A stretch of DNA of 64,000 bases from contig JBDRZU010000001.1 of the NCBI GenBank assembly GCA_039804105.1, forward strand, positions 160,001 to 224,000, in the 5' to 3' direction. A model generated the notes under the pieces. That model saw only the letters and a program-made list of their open reading frames with translations. It searched no databases and was not told the DNA's origin. A program made the position numbers and the translations under genes. Positions 8,910 through 19,942 of the stretch are shown piece after piece (the stretch's first letter is position 1; every line of letters begins with the position of its first letter). This DNA comes from a candidate division WOR-3 bacterium (GTDB taxonomy: Bacteria > Hydrothermota > 32-111).

Positions 8910-11693
8910 ATGGAAAAAATAGTTGTTAAAGGTGCAAAGGTCCACAACCTTAAAAATATATCCTGCGAAATTCCCAAAAGAAAATTCATCGTGATAACCG
9001 GCGTGAGCGGATCTGGAAAATCATCTTTTGCTTTTGACACTCTCTATGCTGAAGGTCAAAGAAGGTATGTTGAATCACTATCTTCCTATGCGAGACAGTT
9101 TTTAGGGGTTCTCGAAAAACCTGAGGTTGAAAGAATCGATGGCCTTTCACCTGCTATTTCTATTGAACAAAGAAGTATTGCAAAAAACCCAAGATCAACC
9201 GTTGCTACGATAACAGAGATATATGATTATTTAAGAGTTCTCTTTGCAAGAGTTGGCGATATATACTGCTATAACTGTTCAAGACCTGTTATAAAGATGA
9301 GTGTTGATCAGATAGCTGATGAAATACTCTCATTCGCAGGAAAAGTTATAACGATCCTTTCACCAGTTGTTAGAAATAAAAAAGGAGAATTTAAGGAATA
9401 TTTTAAAATTTTGATGAAGAAGGGATATACAAAAATTTTAGTTGATGGACAGACGAAACGGCTGGAAGAGGATATTATACTTGAAAAAAACAGGTTACAT
9501 AATATTTCCATAATTATAGACAAGATAAAAATTGATAATGTTAGCAGAATGCGTTTGACACAATCTTTGGAATTGGCTTTAAAGGAATCTTCAGGGATCG
9601 TTTCGATCTTAACTGAAGATGGACAGGAAAAATTATTTAACACCTCACTTTCATGTCCTTTTTGTAACATATCTTATGGTGAAATCTCTCCAAGAAGTTT
9701 CTCCTTCAACTCTCCTATAGGTGCATGTCCAGTATGTCATGGACTTGGATATAGTATAGAGGCAGATGAAGAACTAATAATTGCTAACGAGGAGCTCTCT
9801 TTATGGGAAGGAGCAATTCATCTCTGGACTGATATATCAAAAAGAACAGATCTTTTAGAACTTGCAAAAATTTTAAAAGTTGATCTAAAAAATAGTTATA
9901 AAGAATTACCTGCTTTTTTTAAAAGAATACTATTTTATGGAATAAAAGATGATGATTATATGTCCTTCAATATTCCAGAAAATTTCTCGTTTGAGTCGAT
10001 AACAGAGTATTTGAAAAGGATCTACCATTCAACGGATTCGGATTGGATGCAACAGGAAATGGGTAAATATCTAATATTTGCAAAATGTAAGGTATGCAAT
10101 GGCGCAAGATTGAAAAAAGAGTACCTTTCAGTTAAGATTAACGGTTTAAACATATATGAGATGACACAGATGAATATTTATAACTCTCTTGATTTTTTTA
10201 AAAATAAAATTTCTTTTAATGAAACGAAAAAAGAGATTTCAAAAGATCTTATTAAGGAAATAATAAAAAAACTCGAATTCCTTGTAAATGTTGGAGTTGG
10301 TTATTTAACATTGGAAAGATCTGTTGAAACTCTATCAGGTGGTGAAGCACAGAGAGTACATCTTGCAACACAGATCGGAAGTGGATTAAACGATGTTATG
10401 TATGTTCTCGATGAACCTTCTATTGGTTTGCACCAGAGGGATGTTAAATTGCTTATAGAAACTTTAAAAGATCTTAGAGATAGAGATAATACTGTCATAG
10501 TTGTTGAACATGATAAAAATTTTATAAAAGAAAGTGATCATATAATAGATTTTGGACCTGGTGCTGGAGATTTTGGGGGCAATATTGTTTTTCAAGGTAG
10601 TTTTGAAGAGATCTTAAAATCGAAGGATTCTCTGACAGGAAAATTTTTGATTGGTAAAGAAAAAGTTTTTGAAAGAAAAGAGGAAAGAAAATTTGATGAT
10701 AACAACTTTATTTTGATAAAAAATGCCTGTGAGCACAATTTAAAAAATATTGATGTGAAGATACCACTTGGATGTTTTGTATGTGTAACTGGAGTTTCTG
10801 GCAGTGGGAAATCGACTCTTGTCAATGATATTCTTTACAATGCTGTCAGAAGGTACTTAAAAGTTTCGAGAATCAAACCAGGAAAACATGATGGTATAGA
10901 AAATTTGCATTTTATAGATAAGGTTATAAACATAGATCAATCACCTATAGGTAGAACTCCAAGATCGAACCCAGCAACATATACTGGAGTTTTTACATAT
11001 ATTAGGGATTTCTTTTCCCAGTTAAAAGAATCAAAAATGAGAGGATACAAACCGGGTAGATTTTCGTTCAATGTCCCAGGTGGAAGATGTGAATCTTGTG
11101 AAGGAGACGGATACAAAAAGATTGAAATGTATTTCCTTCCACCAGTATATGTTCAATGTGATGTTTGTAATGGAAAAAGATTCAACGAGGAAACTTTGCA
11201 GGTTAAGTATAAGGGTAAAAATATTTCAGATGTTTTGAATATGACAGTTATAAACGCTATGGAACTTTTTAAAGATATTCCTAAAATCATTAAAAAGTTG
11301 GAAATTTTGAACGAAGTTGGACTCGGTTACATTAAACTTGGACAACCTGCTGTTTCTCTTTCAGGGGGTGAAGCACAAAGGATAAAACTTGCAAAAGAGC
11401 TTTCGAGAACGGACACCGGTAGAACTTTGTATATTCTCGATGAACCTTCAACTGGATTACATTTTTATGATGTTAAACTTTTACTTAAAGTGCTTGACAA
11501 ATTGGTTAAAAAAGGTAATACTTTAGTTGTGATAGAGCACAATCTTGATATCATAAAATTTGCTGACTGGATAATAGACCTTGGGCCTGAAGGAGGTGAT
11601 GAAGGAGGAAAACTTCTTTTTCAGGGAAAGTTTGATGAATTTTTAAAATGTAAAAATTCTTATACTGCTGAGTACTTAAGAAAAGAGAGATAA
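8910..11693 (+). CDS. uvrA: Excinuclease ABC subunit A
   Basis: Two ABC cassettes ([16 protein letters not shown]), zinc fingers, [11 protein letters not shown]. Confidence 0.99.
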   Translation: MEKIVVKGAKVHNLKNISCEIPKRKFIVITGVSGSGKSSFAFDTLYAEGQRRYVESLSSYARQFLGVLEKPEVERIDGLSPAISIEQRSIAKNPRSTVATITEIYDYLRVLFARVGDIYCYNCSRPVIKMSVDQIADEILSFAGKVITILSPVVRNKKGEFKEYFKILMKKGYTKILVDGQTKRLEEDIILEKNRLHNISIIIDKIKIDNVSRMRLTQSLELALKESSGIVSILTEDGQEKLFNTSLSCPFCNISYGEISPRSFSFNSPIGACPVCHGLGYSIEADEELIIANEELSLWEGAIHLWTDISKRTDLLELAKILKVDLKNSYKELPAFFKRILFYGIKDDDYMSFNIPENFSFESITEYLKRIYHSTDSDWMQQEMGKYLIFAKCKVCNGARLKKEYLSVKINGLNIYEMTQMNIYNSLDFFKNKISFNETKKEISKDLIKEIIKKLEFLVNVGVGYLTLERSVETLSGGEAQRVHLATQIGSGLNDVMYVLDEPSIGLHQRDVKLLIETLKDLRDRDNTVIVVEHDKNFIKESDHIIDFGPGAGDFGGNIVFQGSFEEILKSKDSLTGKFLIGKEKVFERKEERKFDDNNFILIKNACEHNLKNIDVKIPLGCFVCVTGVSGSGKSTLVNDILYNAVRRYLKVSRIKPGKHDGIENLHFIDKVINIDQSPIGRTPRSNPATYTGVFTYIRDFFSQLKESKMRGYKPGRFSFNVPGGRCESCEGDGYKKIEMYFLPPVYVQCDVCNGKRFNEETLQVKYKGKNISDVLNMTVINAMELFKDIPKIIKKLEILNEVGLGYIKLGQPAVSLSGGEAQRIKLAKELSRTDTGRTLYILDEPSTGLHFYDVKLLLKVLDKLVKKGNTLVVIEHNLDIIKFADWIIDLGPEGGDEGGKLLFQGKFDEFLKCKNSYTAEYLRKER

Positions 11694-11702
11694 GGAGGAG
11701 TT

Positions 11703-12146
11703 ATGTCTCCATCACTTTTCTGGATAATCGTTGCTGTTGTTATGTTTATAATCGAAGTCTTAACTCCATTTTTTCTATTTGTTCTATTTTCTTTTGCTGC
11801 TTTAATTTCATCACTTTTCTCTTTATTTTTTCCGAAACTTGTTTTTCTACAAATCCTTATTTTTGTTGTCCTTTCGATCATTTTTGCTTTCACGATAAGA
11901 AAAATTTTCATAAAATACCTTTCAAAGGATGATAAAGGCGGGTTGAAAACTAATGTTGATTCTTATATTGGAAGAGTTTGTAAAGTTGTTACAACTATCG
12001 ACAACTCAAAAGATCAAGGTATATGTGAGATAGATGGTGTAAGATGGAGAGCATATTCTGGTGATGGGAAAGTTATAGAGAAAGATGATTTTGCCAGAAT
12101 CGTAAAAGTCGAAGGGTCACATCTTTATGTCGTTAAAAATGAATAG
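11703..12146 (+). CDS. NfeD-like membrane protein (short form)
   Basis: N-terminal TM helices plus OB-fold C-terminus (G..EIDGVRWRA, VKVEGSHLYV). Confidence 0.85.
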   Translation: MSPSLFWIIVAVVMFIIEVLTPFFLFVLFSFAALISSLFSLFFPKLVFLQILIFVVLSIIFAFTIRKIFIKYLSKDDKGGLKTNVDSYIGRVCKVVTTIDNSKDQGICEIDGVRWRAYSGDGKVIEKDDFARIVKVEGSHLYVVKNE

Positions 12147-12537
12147 ATTTCTTTTGGTTATAATCTTTCTTTTCATTTCTGGATGTTCGTTATTTTACCC
12201 AACAGTTTATGAAGTTTCCAAAACTATGGAGATAGGCGAGATCATTGCTGATTCCATTATAATTGAACCAGGTTTCTATTCTGTTTTATTGAATTCAGAT
12301 TATGTTCTTGACATTTTCTTCTTCTCTTCAAAAAAAGGTTTTGATCTTTTTAGAGATTCATCAAAACTTTATTCAGAATATCTTGAGTATCCGTTAACTT
12401 TTGTTGCAAAATCTTTTATAGATGAAAGATTTTATATCTTTGAAAACAAAAAATTATATTTTGTTATCGATAATTCTGATATTGCAACAGAAAAATCTGG
12501 GAAACCAAACATTTATTTTAAAATAGGAAAAGAATAG
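12139..12537 (+). CDS. Hypothetical lipoprotein
   Basis: MNRFLL.. lipobox-like ISGC. Confidence 0.6.
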   Translation: MNRFLLVIIFLFISGCSLFYPTVYEVSKTMEIGEIIADSIIIEPGFYSVLLNSDYVLDIFFFSSKKGFDLFRDSSKLYSEYLEYPLTFVAKSFIDERFYIFENKKLYFVIDNSDIATEKSGKPNIYFKIGKE

Positions 12538-12546
12538 GAGTGAAAT

Positions 12547-13614
12547 GTGGCTGATGTTATTCTGAAAAATGTAACAAAAGTTTTTCCAAATGGCTATGTT
12601 GCGTTGAGAAACATTAACCTTGAAATTGAGGATAAAGAGTTTGTGGTTTTTGTTGGCCCTTCCGGCTGTGGGAAAACAACACTTTTAAGATGTATAGCCG
12701 GACTGGAACAGGTAACTGAAGGTGAGATAATCATTGATCGACAAGTGGTCAACGATGTCCATCCGAAAGATAGAGATATTGCTATGGTTTTTCAAAATTA
12801 TGCTCTCTATCCTCATATGAGTGTTTATGATAATGTTGCTTTTGGTTTGAGGACAAGAGGGTTTTTAAAAGAAGATATAGATAGAAAAGTTAAAGAAGCT
12901 CTCGAAATCCTTGATATAGAAAAATATGCAAAAAGTAAACCGAGAGAACTGTCAGGTGGACAAAGACAGAGGGTTGCAATCGGTAGAGCGATCGTAAGAG
13001 AACCAAAAGTTTTTCTTTTTGATGAACCACTCTCAAACCTTGATGCAAAAATGAGAGTGTCAATGAGAGCAGAAATTTCGAAATTACATAAAAAAATAAA
13101 TACAACGATAATTTATGTTACACATGATCAGACAGAAGCGATGACGATGGGTTCGAAAATTGTTGTGATGAACAATGGGGAGATAATGCAGATCGCTGAT
13201 CCTGATATACTTTACAATAGACCCGCAAATCTTTTCTGTGCAACATTCATAGGTTCACCTCAAATGAACATTTTTGAAAATGTTTATGAAAACGGAGAAA
13301 TTAGATCAGATTTCTTCAATTTTAAAGTCAGATTTGATGTTAAAGATTTAAAAAATGTGTATGTTGGTATAAGACCGGAAGATATCTATATTGATAAAGA
13401 AACTGAAATTTATAGCGAAGGGGTTGTTGAACTTGCTGAATCTTTAGGTGATGTAACTTTTCTTTATGTTAACATTTTTAATAAAACTGTTGTTTTAAAA
13501 ACAACTTTACATAAAAGATTTAAAATTGGAGAGAGTTATAAAATCTATTTTAATAAAAATAAATTTCATTACTTCAACATGGAGGATTCGAAACGGATAG
13601 AACCTATTATCTGA
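12547..13614 (+). CDS. Sugar ABC transporter ATP-binding protein (MalK/UgpC/MsmX family)
   Basis: GPSGCGKTT, VFQNYALYPHM, LSGGQRQR, DEPLSNLDAK, TOBE C-terminus. Confidence 0.95.
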   Translation: MADVILKNVTKVFPNGYVALRNINLEIEDKEFVVFVGPSGCGKTTLLRCIAGLEQVTEGEIIIDRQVVNDVHPKDRDIAMVFQNYALYPHMSVYDNVAFGLRTRGFLKEDIDRKVKEALEILDIEKYAKSKPRELSGGQRQRVAIGRAIVREPKVFLFDEPLSNLDAKMRVSMRAEISKLHKKINTTIIYVTHDQTEAMTMGSKIVVMNNGEIMQIADPDILYNRPANLFCATFIGSPQMNIFENVYENGEIRSDFFNFKVRFDVKDLKNVYVGIRPEDIYIDKETEIYSEGVVELAESLGDVTFLYVNIFNKTVVLKTTLHKRFKIGESYKIYFNKNKFHYFNMEDSKRIEPII

Positions 13615-14222
13615 TTCTGATATCTTCAGTTTTACTCCTTGATAATAGGATGTTATTTCAGTCGTTGGTCAGCGAACCTGTCTTTATATTTCCAGTTCTT
13701 TCATTTTTTCTAAAAATCAGTTTTGATAACTCTATTTTATTGTTGTTGATACTTTTCCAAACATTATCAATTTTCTCTCTTCAACTTGGAAAAGTAACAC
13801 CTCCAAATTTTCAGATAGGATTTGTATCATCATTGTTAACATACAGTTTTTTGAGATATCCTCTTTCTTTTTCAATACTTGTTGGAATTTTTTCCTCATT
13901 GATTTTTGGTTATTTTTATATTATAAAAAGGAGAATCAATTTTTATCTATCAAGAAGTTTTAAAATAGAACTTGCTCTATACCTCTCAATAATGATAACA
14001 TTTTTTTCTTATCTATTTTTTCTTTATTCTGAATATTTTCTTTTGACAAAACTTCAATTGTTTAAAACTCAACATAATAATATTTTTATTGTTTCCATAT
14101 TTTTAACACTCACACAGATAAAATATGTTAAAGTAAACAAAAAAATTGAAACTATTTTATTTTTTATGGGAATTCTGTTGGGTTTATTTTTATGCTTAAA
14201 AATAAAATTAAATTGGTTTTAA
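13593..14222 (+). CDS. Divergent mannose-family PTS IIC subunit (probable ACG start at 13593; first ATG 13650)
   Basis: LD...Q.LVSEP and LG..TPPN resemble ManY motifs; followed by IID-like gene, ptsH, ptsI. Confidence 0.6.
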   Translation, partial: TDRTYYLILISSVLLLDNRMLFQSLVSEPVFIFPVLSFFLKISFDNSILLLLILFQTLSIFSLQLGKVTPPNFQIGFVSSLLTYSFLRYPLSFSILVGIFSSLIFGYFYIIKRRINFYLSRSFKIELALYLSIMITFFSYLFFLYSEYFLLTKLQLFKTQHNNIFIVSIFLTLTQIKYVKVNKKIETILFFMGILLGLFLCLKIKLNWF

Positions 14223-14839
14223 AATCACTTTTCGTTCAGGTTTTGTTAAACGAAGACGAAATGCAACTATCTGGTTACAAAATACTTACAAATGGTAAAT
14301 TCAACCATCACATAAACTCAAACCCCTATTTTGCAACTATCGTTTCAGGTTTTATATCAAAGGTTGATGACTTAAAAAAAATAGAGATTTTTGCAAGCAT
14401 TTCAGCGTTTATTGGAGACGATCTGTTTTGGAACAATTTAAAACCTATAACTTTGATGGTATCTCTTTTTGTTTATATTTTTAAAATCGAAACTTATTTT
14501 CTCTTAATTCCTTTCTTAATATATTTTTTTTCAACCAATACTTTAAGGTTTATCGGTTATGAGTATGGAGCAAAAAATAGTGAAACTCTCGGTAATTTTT
14601 ATTCTTCTTTTTTCTTCAAAAATTTTAGATTTTTCCTTTCAAAAGTTAAATATCTTTTGTTTGGATTCTTTACAATCTTTTTACTATATTTAAACTTAAA
14701 AATATTGAATTTAGTTAATTTATATGTTATAATCTTTTTATTATGTATATGGGTAAACATTTTATTTAAAGAGTTTGCCTATATTTTTTTATTTATTTTA
14801 GGAGTTTTGTTAGAAGTACTTTTTAAGGTTTTGTTGTGA
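14192..14839 (+). CDS. Divergent mannose-family PTS IID subunit
   Basis: SLFVQ..N...MQLSG, NSNPY, IGDDLFW..LKP match ManZ motifs. Confidence 0.75.
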   Translation: MLKNKIKLVLKSLFVQVLLNEDEMQLSGYKILTNGKFNHHINSNPYFATIVSGFISKVDDLKKIEIFASISAFIGDDLFWNNLKPITLMVSLFVYIFKIETYFLLIPFLIYFFSTNTLRFIGYEYGAKNSETLGNFYSSFFFKNFRFFLSKVKYLLFGFFTIFLLYLNLKILNLVNLYVIIFLLCIWVNILFKEFAYIFLFILGVLLEVLFKVLL

Positions 14840-15105
14840 TGATAGAAAAAGAGGTAATTGTAAAAAATAAACTTGGATTACATGCAAGGCCAGCAGCTCT
14901 TCTTGTAAAGAGTTTAGGTAAATTTGAGTCAAAAGTTGAAATACAGAGAGATGATCTGCTGGTTGATGGAAAATCGATTATGGGTATTATGATGCTTGCT
15001 GCTGAACAGGGGGCAAAGTTGATATTTAGAATCGAAGGATCTGATGAAAAGGATGCGATGGATGCTGTAGAGGAACTTTTTGAGAAGAGGTTTTATGAGG
15101 AGTAA
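14836..15105 (+). CDS. ptsH: Phosphocarrier protein HPr
   Basis: GLHARPAA (His15) and GKSIMG (Ser46) motifs. Confidence 0.97.
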   Translation: MMIEKEVIVKNKLGLHARPAALLVKSLGKFESKVEIQRDDLLVDGKSIMGIMMLAAEQGAKLIFRIEGSDEKDAMDAVEELFEKRFYEE

Positions 15106-16858
15106 TATAATTTTAAGGGGTTATCCTGCATCTCCAGGTCTTGTGAAAGGCAAAATAAAAATTTTGAGTAATAAGATAGAAGTTATACAGGAATATGATG
15201 TTAACGATATAGAAAAGGAGGTCGAAAGATTTTTAACTGCAATTGAGGAATCAAAGCGTGAACTACTTGAAAATAAAAAAAACATTAAGGAAACGGTTGG
15301 TGACCAGTATGAGGAAATTTTTGAAGCGCAGATTCTTGCACTTGAAGATATGAGTGTTATAGAAAAAAGTATAAAAAATATAAGGGAAACAAAAAAGAAT
15401 GCTGAATCAGTTTATAAAAATGTTGTATCTGAAATACTTGAAAAAATGCAAAAAACGGATAACAAATATCTTAAAGAGAGAAGTTTTGATATAATAGATG
15501 TTATGAACAGAGTTTTAAAAAGGCTAAAAAACAGGGATGAGGAATCTTTACAATCCTTTGAAGAAATAATAATAGGTGCTTTTAACCTGACTCCAACTGA
15601 AACTATGAAATTTGATAAAAAAAGTATACTTGGAATCGTAACAGAAAGTGGAGGAATGACAAGTCATTCATCTATATTAGCGAGAGCACTCAATATCCCT
15701 GCTGTTGTAAATGTTAAAAACTTTCTTTCAAATGTTAACGACGGTGATATCGTTATAGTTGATGGTTATACTGGAACTGTGATCATTGATCCAGATGAAA
15801 ATTCTGAAAAAACTTTTAAAAAACGAAAAGAGGAATACAAAAATTACAATCTCAAGTTAATGGAGATGAAGGATGAAGAATCTGTGACCATAGATGGCAG
15901 AAATATAGATCTATCGGCGAATATAGAACTTCTTGAAGAACTTGGTGAAGTTAAAAAGTATGGTGGAAGGGGAATCGGACTTTTTCGAACCGAATTCATA
16001 TTTCTTGAAGAGAACGGATATCCCACTGTTGAAAAGCAAGAAAACATATATAGAAAGATAGCAGAATCGGTTTTCCCTGATTCTGTTATTATAAGGACTG
16101 TTGATATTGGAGGTGATAAACCGATTTATGTAAGAAACAAAGAAGAAAATCCATTTTTGGGTTTTAGAGGTATCAGGGTTTCGCTTGGTAATGAAAAAAT
16201 CTTAAGGGACCAGTTCAAAGCGATATTGAAGGCAAGTTCTAAAAAAAATTTGAAGATAATGCTTCCCATGGTATCGAAAATAGATGAAGTTATAAAAGCA
16301 AAAATGGTTTTAGATGATATAAAAAAGGAACTCTTTAACCAGCAGATCGATTTTGATAAAGATATTGAACTTGGAATAATGGTTGAAGTTCCCTCTGCCG
16401 CAATAATGGCTGAAGAGTTTGCAAAGTATGTGGATTTCTTTTCACTTGGGACAAACGATCTTACACAGTATACACTCGCAGTTGATAGAAACAATAATAA
16501 TGTTTCCTCATATTTTGATTCTCTTGATCCTGCTGTTTTAAAACTTATCAAGTTCACGATCGATGCTGCTCATGAGGCAAATATATGGGCGGGAGTATGT
16601 GGGGAACTTTCTTCTGATCCAATAGCGATACCGATTCTTGTTGGACTCGGAGTTGATGAATTATCGATGTCTCCCATCTTCATACCTGAGATTAAGATGA
16701 TAATCAAACAACTTTCCTATGAGGAAACAAAAGAGATCGCAAAAAACGCTTTGCTTTTGAAATCATCTGAAAAGGTGAGAGAGTATATGAAAGGAATAAT
16801 TTCTGAAAAATTCCCAAATCTCATAAAATATTTTCTTGGAGAGTTCTATGACAAATAG
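15095..16858 (+). CDS. ptsI: PEP-protein phosphotransferase Enzyme I
   Basis: GGMTSHSSILAR, GLFRTEF, EENPFLGFRGIR, GTNDLTQY, CGE. Confidence 0.97.
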   Translation: MRSNIILRGYPASPGLVKGKIKILSNKIEVIQEYDVNDIEKEVERFLTAIEESKRELLENKKNIKETVGDQYEEIFEAQILALEDMSVIEKSIKNIRETKKNAESVYKNVVSEILEKMQKTDNKYLKERSFDIIDVMNRVLKRLKNRDEESLQSFEEIIIGAFNLTPTETMKFDKKSILGIVTESGGMTSHSSILARALNIPAVVNVKNFLSNVNDGDIVIVDGYTGTVIIDPDENSEKTFKKRKEEYKNYNLKLMEMKDEESVTIDGRNIDLSANIELLEELGEVKKYGGRGIGLFRTEFIFLEENGYPTVEKQENIYRKIAESVFPDSVIIRTVDIGGDKPIYVRNKEENPFLGFRGIRVSLGNEKILRDQFKAILKASSKKNLKIMLPMVSKIDEVIKAKMVLDDIKKELFNQQIDFDKDIELGIMVEVPSAAIMAEEFAKYVDFFSLGTNDLTQYTLAVDRNNNNVSSYFDSLDPAVLKLIKFTIDAAHEANIWAGVCGELSSDPIAIPILVGLGVDELSMSPIFIPEIKMIIKQLSYEETKEIAKNALLLKSSEKVREYMKGIISEKFPNLIKYFLGEFYDK

Positions 16859-17837
16859 TGATATGTTATCACTCATAAAAAGTTTCCCATCATTTTTTCT
16901 TGATGGTTTTAATCTTGATGACAAAAAGTTCGAACTGAAAAAAATCGAAAACATTGTATATACTGGAATGGGAGGAAGTGCGATCGCTGGAGATGTTTTG
17001 AAAGAAATCATCTATCCATTCTCTCCTGTTCCTTTCGAAGTTGTAAGAAATTACAATCTTCCACACTATGTAAACGAGAAGACCTTTTTAATTGTATCAT
17101 CATTTTCTGGGAACACTGAGGAAACCTTAAAATGCTTTAAAGATGGGTTGAACAGAAAAGCAAAAATTTTAACACTTTCCAGTGGTGGTGAATTGGAAAA
17201 GCTCTCAAAGAAAAATGGGATTAAAAATATTAAACTGAATCTTGATTGTCCACCGAGAGCGGCACTTGGTATGACTCTTGGGGCTTTGTTAAAAAAGATG
17301 GTTTACATTTTAAAGGATAAAAATTTTGAAAATGAAATAAATGATGCTGTTCTTAAACTATCAGAATACTCTTTTGATGATGAAAATGCAAAGAAGGTAG
17401 CAAAAATTTTAAAAGGTAAAATAGTTAATATTTATACTGATTCGAACTTTTCCGCAGTTGTCAGAAGGTTTTCTAACCAGCTTCATGAAAACTCAAAACA
17501 CTTTTCTCATTTCAACTTTCTACCTGAAATGGATCATAATGAGATAGTTGGGCTTGAAAAGCCGGCATTTATAAAGTCGAAAATCTACATTTTATTTATA
17601 ATCTTTAAACAGATGAATGAAAGAAATAAAAAAAGAACGATGATAACAAATAAAATTTTAAGAGATTGTGGTTTTCAGACGATGATATTTGAGTTTGATG
17701 ATCAAAATAAGATTTTCAATATTTTAGATAGTATAATAACTTTTGATCTTATATCATATTACCTTGCGATCGAAAATCGGGTTGATCCTATAAAAATTGA
17801 AAGGATCGATATTCTTAAAAAAAGGATGAAAGAATGA
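16848..17837 (+). CDS. Bifunctional phosphoglucose/phosphomannose isomerase
   Basis: GMGGSAIAG, SSFSGNTEET, PPRAA, ENSK, PEMDHNEI. Confidence 0.92.
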   Translation: MTNSDMLSLIKSFPSFFLDGFNLDDKKFELKKIENIVYTGMGGSAIAGDVLKEIIYPFSPVPFEVVRNYNLPHYVNEKTFLIVSSFSGNTEETLKCFKDGLNRKAKILTLSSGGELEKLSKKNGIKNIKLNLDCPPRAALGMTLGALLKKMVYILKDKNFENEINDAVLKLSEYSFDDENAKKVAKILKGKIVNIYTDSNFSAVVRRFSNQLHENSKHFSHFNFLPEMDHNEIVGLEKPAFIKSKIYILFIIFKQMNERNKKRTMITNKILRDCGFQTMIFEFDDQNKIFNILDSIITFDLISYYLAIENRVDPIKIERIDILKKRMKE

Positions 17838-18781
17838 AAGCTATAATACCTGCAGCAGGTATCGGTAAAAGATTGCAACCTCTTACATTCTTTTTACCAA
17901 AACCTTTATTCTATGTTGGAAGTAAAAGAATAATAGATTATGTTATTCTTTCACTATCGGAAGTTGAAATAGATGAATATATTATAATTGTTGGATACAA
18001 AAAAGATATGTTGAAAGAATACCTTTTAAAGAATTATCCTGACAAAAAATTTACATTTGTTGAACAGGAAAAACAATCTGGATTAGGTGATGCAGTTTTT
18101 ATAGGATTAAAAGAGATTGGTGAGAATGATTATCCTTTGGTTATCCTTCTCTCAGATACCATTATCGATATTGATGTAAAGAAATTTTTGAAAACAAAAA
18201 ACTCTAAAATCGCTTTGATGGAAGTAGATGATCCGAAAAGGTTTGGTGTTGCAAAAATTTCTGAGAATTTTGTTTTAGATGTTGTTGAAAAACCTGAAAA
18301 TTATGTTTCAAACAAAGCGATAGTTGGTTTCTATTACTTTAAATCTTCAAAAAAACTTTTTGATTCATTAAGGTATCTTTATGAAAACAACATTAAAACA
18401 AGAGGTGAAATACAGTTGACAGATGGTATAAAAAAATTGATAGAAGATGGGGAAAAGATTGAATATGGTGATGTTAAAAAATGGATTGATTGTGGTGATT
18501 TTGAAACTCTATTGAAAGCAAACAGTTTATTGTTAAAAATCGAAAAAAGAAAGAATTTTATAGATCCTACTGCTTATTTGGAAAATTTAAAGGTTTCAAA
18601 AAATTGTTCAATTTTCAAAAATGCTAAACTGTTTAATACAAAAATTGAAAATTCAATAGTTGGAAACAATGTTGTTTTAAAAAATTGTAAAATAAAAAAT
18701 TCGATAATAGGCGATAATTCAAATTTGGAGAATTTCAAGGGTTCAATAATCTGTGGTGAAAATACAATAATAAAAAAATAA
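17834..18781 (+). CDS. Sugar-phosphate nucleotidyltransferase
   Basis: AAGIGKRL.PLT..LPKPL, VEKP, GEIQLTD, C-terminal hexapeptide-like repeats. Confidence 0.9.
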   Translation: MKAIIPAAGIGKRLQPLTFFLPKPLFYVGSKRIIDYVILSLSEVEIDEYIIIVGYKKDMLKEYLLKNYPDKKFTFVEQEKQSGLGDAVFIGLKEIGENDYPLVILLSDTIIDIDVKKFLKTKNSKIALMEVDDPKRFGVAKISENFVLDVVEKPENYVSNKAIVGFYYFKSSKKLFDSLRYLYENNIKTRGEIQLTDGIKKLIEDGEKIEYGDVKKWIDCGDFETLLKANSLLLKIEKRKNFIDPTAYLENLKVSKNCSIFKNAKLFNTKIENSIVGNNVVLKNCKIKNSIIGDNSNLENFKGSIICGENTIIKK

Positions 18782-18795
18782 AAAAGGAGTAGAAG

Positions 18796-19932
18796 ATGAA
18801 AAGATTTTTAACTTCAGAATCGGTGGCGGAAGGGCATCCTGATAAACTCTGTGATATCATATCGGATTCCTTACTCGATTCTATACTCGAACAGGATCCA
18901 AATGCAAGGGTCGCAGCTGAGACGATGGCAGCTACGGGCATGATAATAATAACTGGAGAGATTACAACAACATGTTATGTTGATACTCAAAAACTTGTTA
19001 GAAATGTAGTCAAAGAGGTTGGATACACGGATCCTGATTATGGTCTTGATTATCAAACCTGTGCGGTTGTTACATCGATACAGGAACAATCTCCAGATAT
19101 AGCGATGGGTGTAAACATCGGTGGAGCAGGTGACCAGGGGATGATGTTTGGATATGCGACGGACGAGACACCTGAACTTATGCCTATGACAATATCCTAT
19201 GCTCATAAACTTATAAAAAAAGTAGCTGAACTTAGAAAATTTGGTGATCTTGATTATCTTCGCCCTGATGGTAAATCACAGGTGACTGTCGAGTATGATG
19301 ATGGGGTTCCAACAAGGATAGATGCTATAGTTTTGAGTGTTCAGCACAATCCTGATGTTGACAGGAAAACGATAGAAAAGGATATGAAGAATCGAGTGAT
19401 AAATGAAGTTATCGATAGTAAGCTGATAGATTCAAGAACAAAGATTTTTGTTAACCCAACCGGAAGGTTTGTTGTTGGAGGCCCACTTGCTGATACTGGT
19501 TTGACTGGTCGAAAAATTATCGTTGATACCTATGGTGGAATGGCAAAACATGGTGGTGGATGTTTTTCAGGTAAGGATCCATCAAAGGTTGATAGATCAG
19601 CAGCGTATATGTGTAGATATATTGCAAAAAATCTTGTTGCTGCAGGTGTTGCAAAAAAAGTTGAAATCCAGGTCGCATATGCTATTGGTATAGCGGAACC
19701 AGTTTCAATTGCTGTTGATACTTTTAACACTTCAAAATATGATGATGAAAAAATCGTGAAAGTTATAAGAGAAATTTTTGATCTGACACCAAACGGTATA
19801 ATAGATCAGTTAAAACTCAGAAGACCTATATACAAAAAGACAGCTGCCTATGGGCATTTTGGAAGAGAAGAAGAGGGTTTCACATGGGAAGTTTGTGATA
19901 AAGTTGATGAGATAAAAAAGATTTTAAAATAA
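18796..19932 (+). CDS. metK: S-adenosylmethionine synthetase
   Basis: [26 protein letters not shown]. Confidence 0.99.
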   Translation: MKRFLTSESVAEGHPDKLCDIISDSLLDSILEQDPNARVAAETMAATGMIIITGEITTTCYVDTQKLVRNVVKEVGYTDPDYGLDYQTCAVVTSIQEQSPDIAMGVNIGGAGDQGMMFGYATDETPELMPMTISYAHKLIKKVAELRKFGDLDYLRPDGKSQVTVEYDDGVPTRIDAIVLSVQHNPDVDRKTIEKDMKNRVINEVIDSKLIDSRTKIFVNPTGRFVVGGPLADTGLTGRKIIVDTYGGMAKHGGGCFSGKDPSKVDRSAAYMCRYIAKNLVAAGVAKKVEIQVAYAIGIAEPVSIAVDTFNTSKYDDEKIVKVIREIFDLTPNGIIDQLKLRRPIYKKTAAYGHFGREEEGFTWEVCDKVDEIKKILK

Positions 19933-19942
19933 AGAGGTCAAG

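Noticed and set aside
18782..18795. SAM riboswitch before metK
   Set aside because: Intergenic gap is only 14 nt
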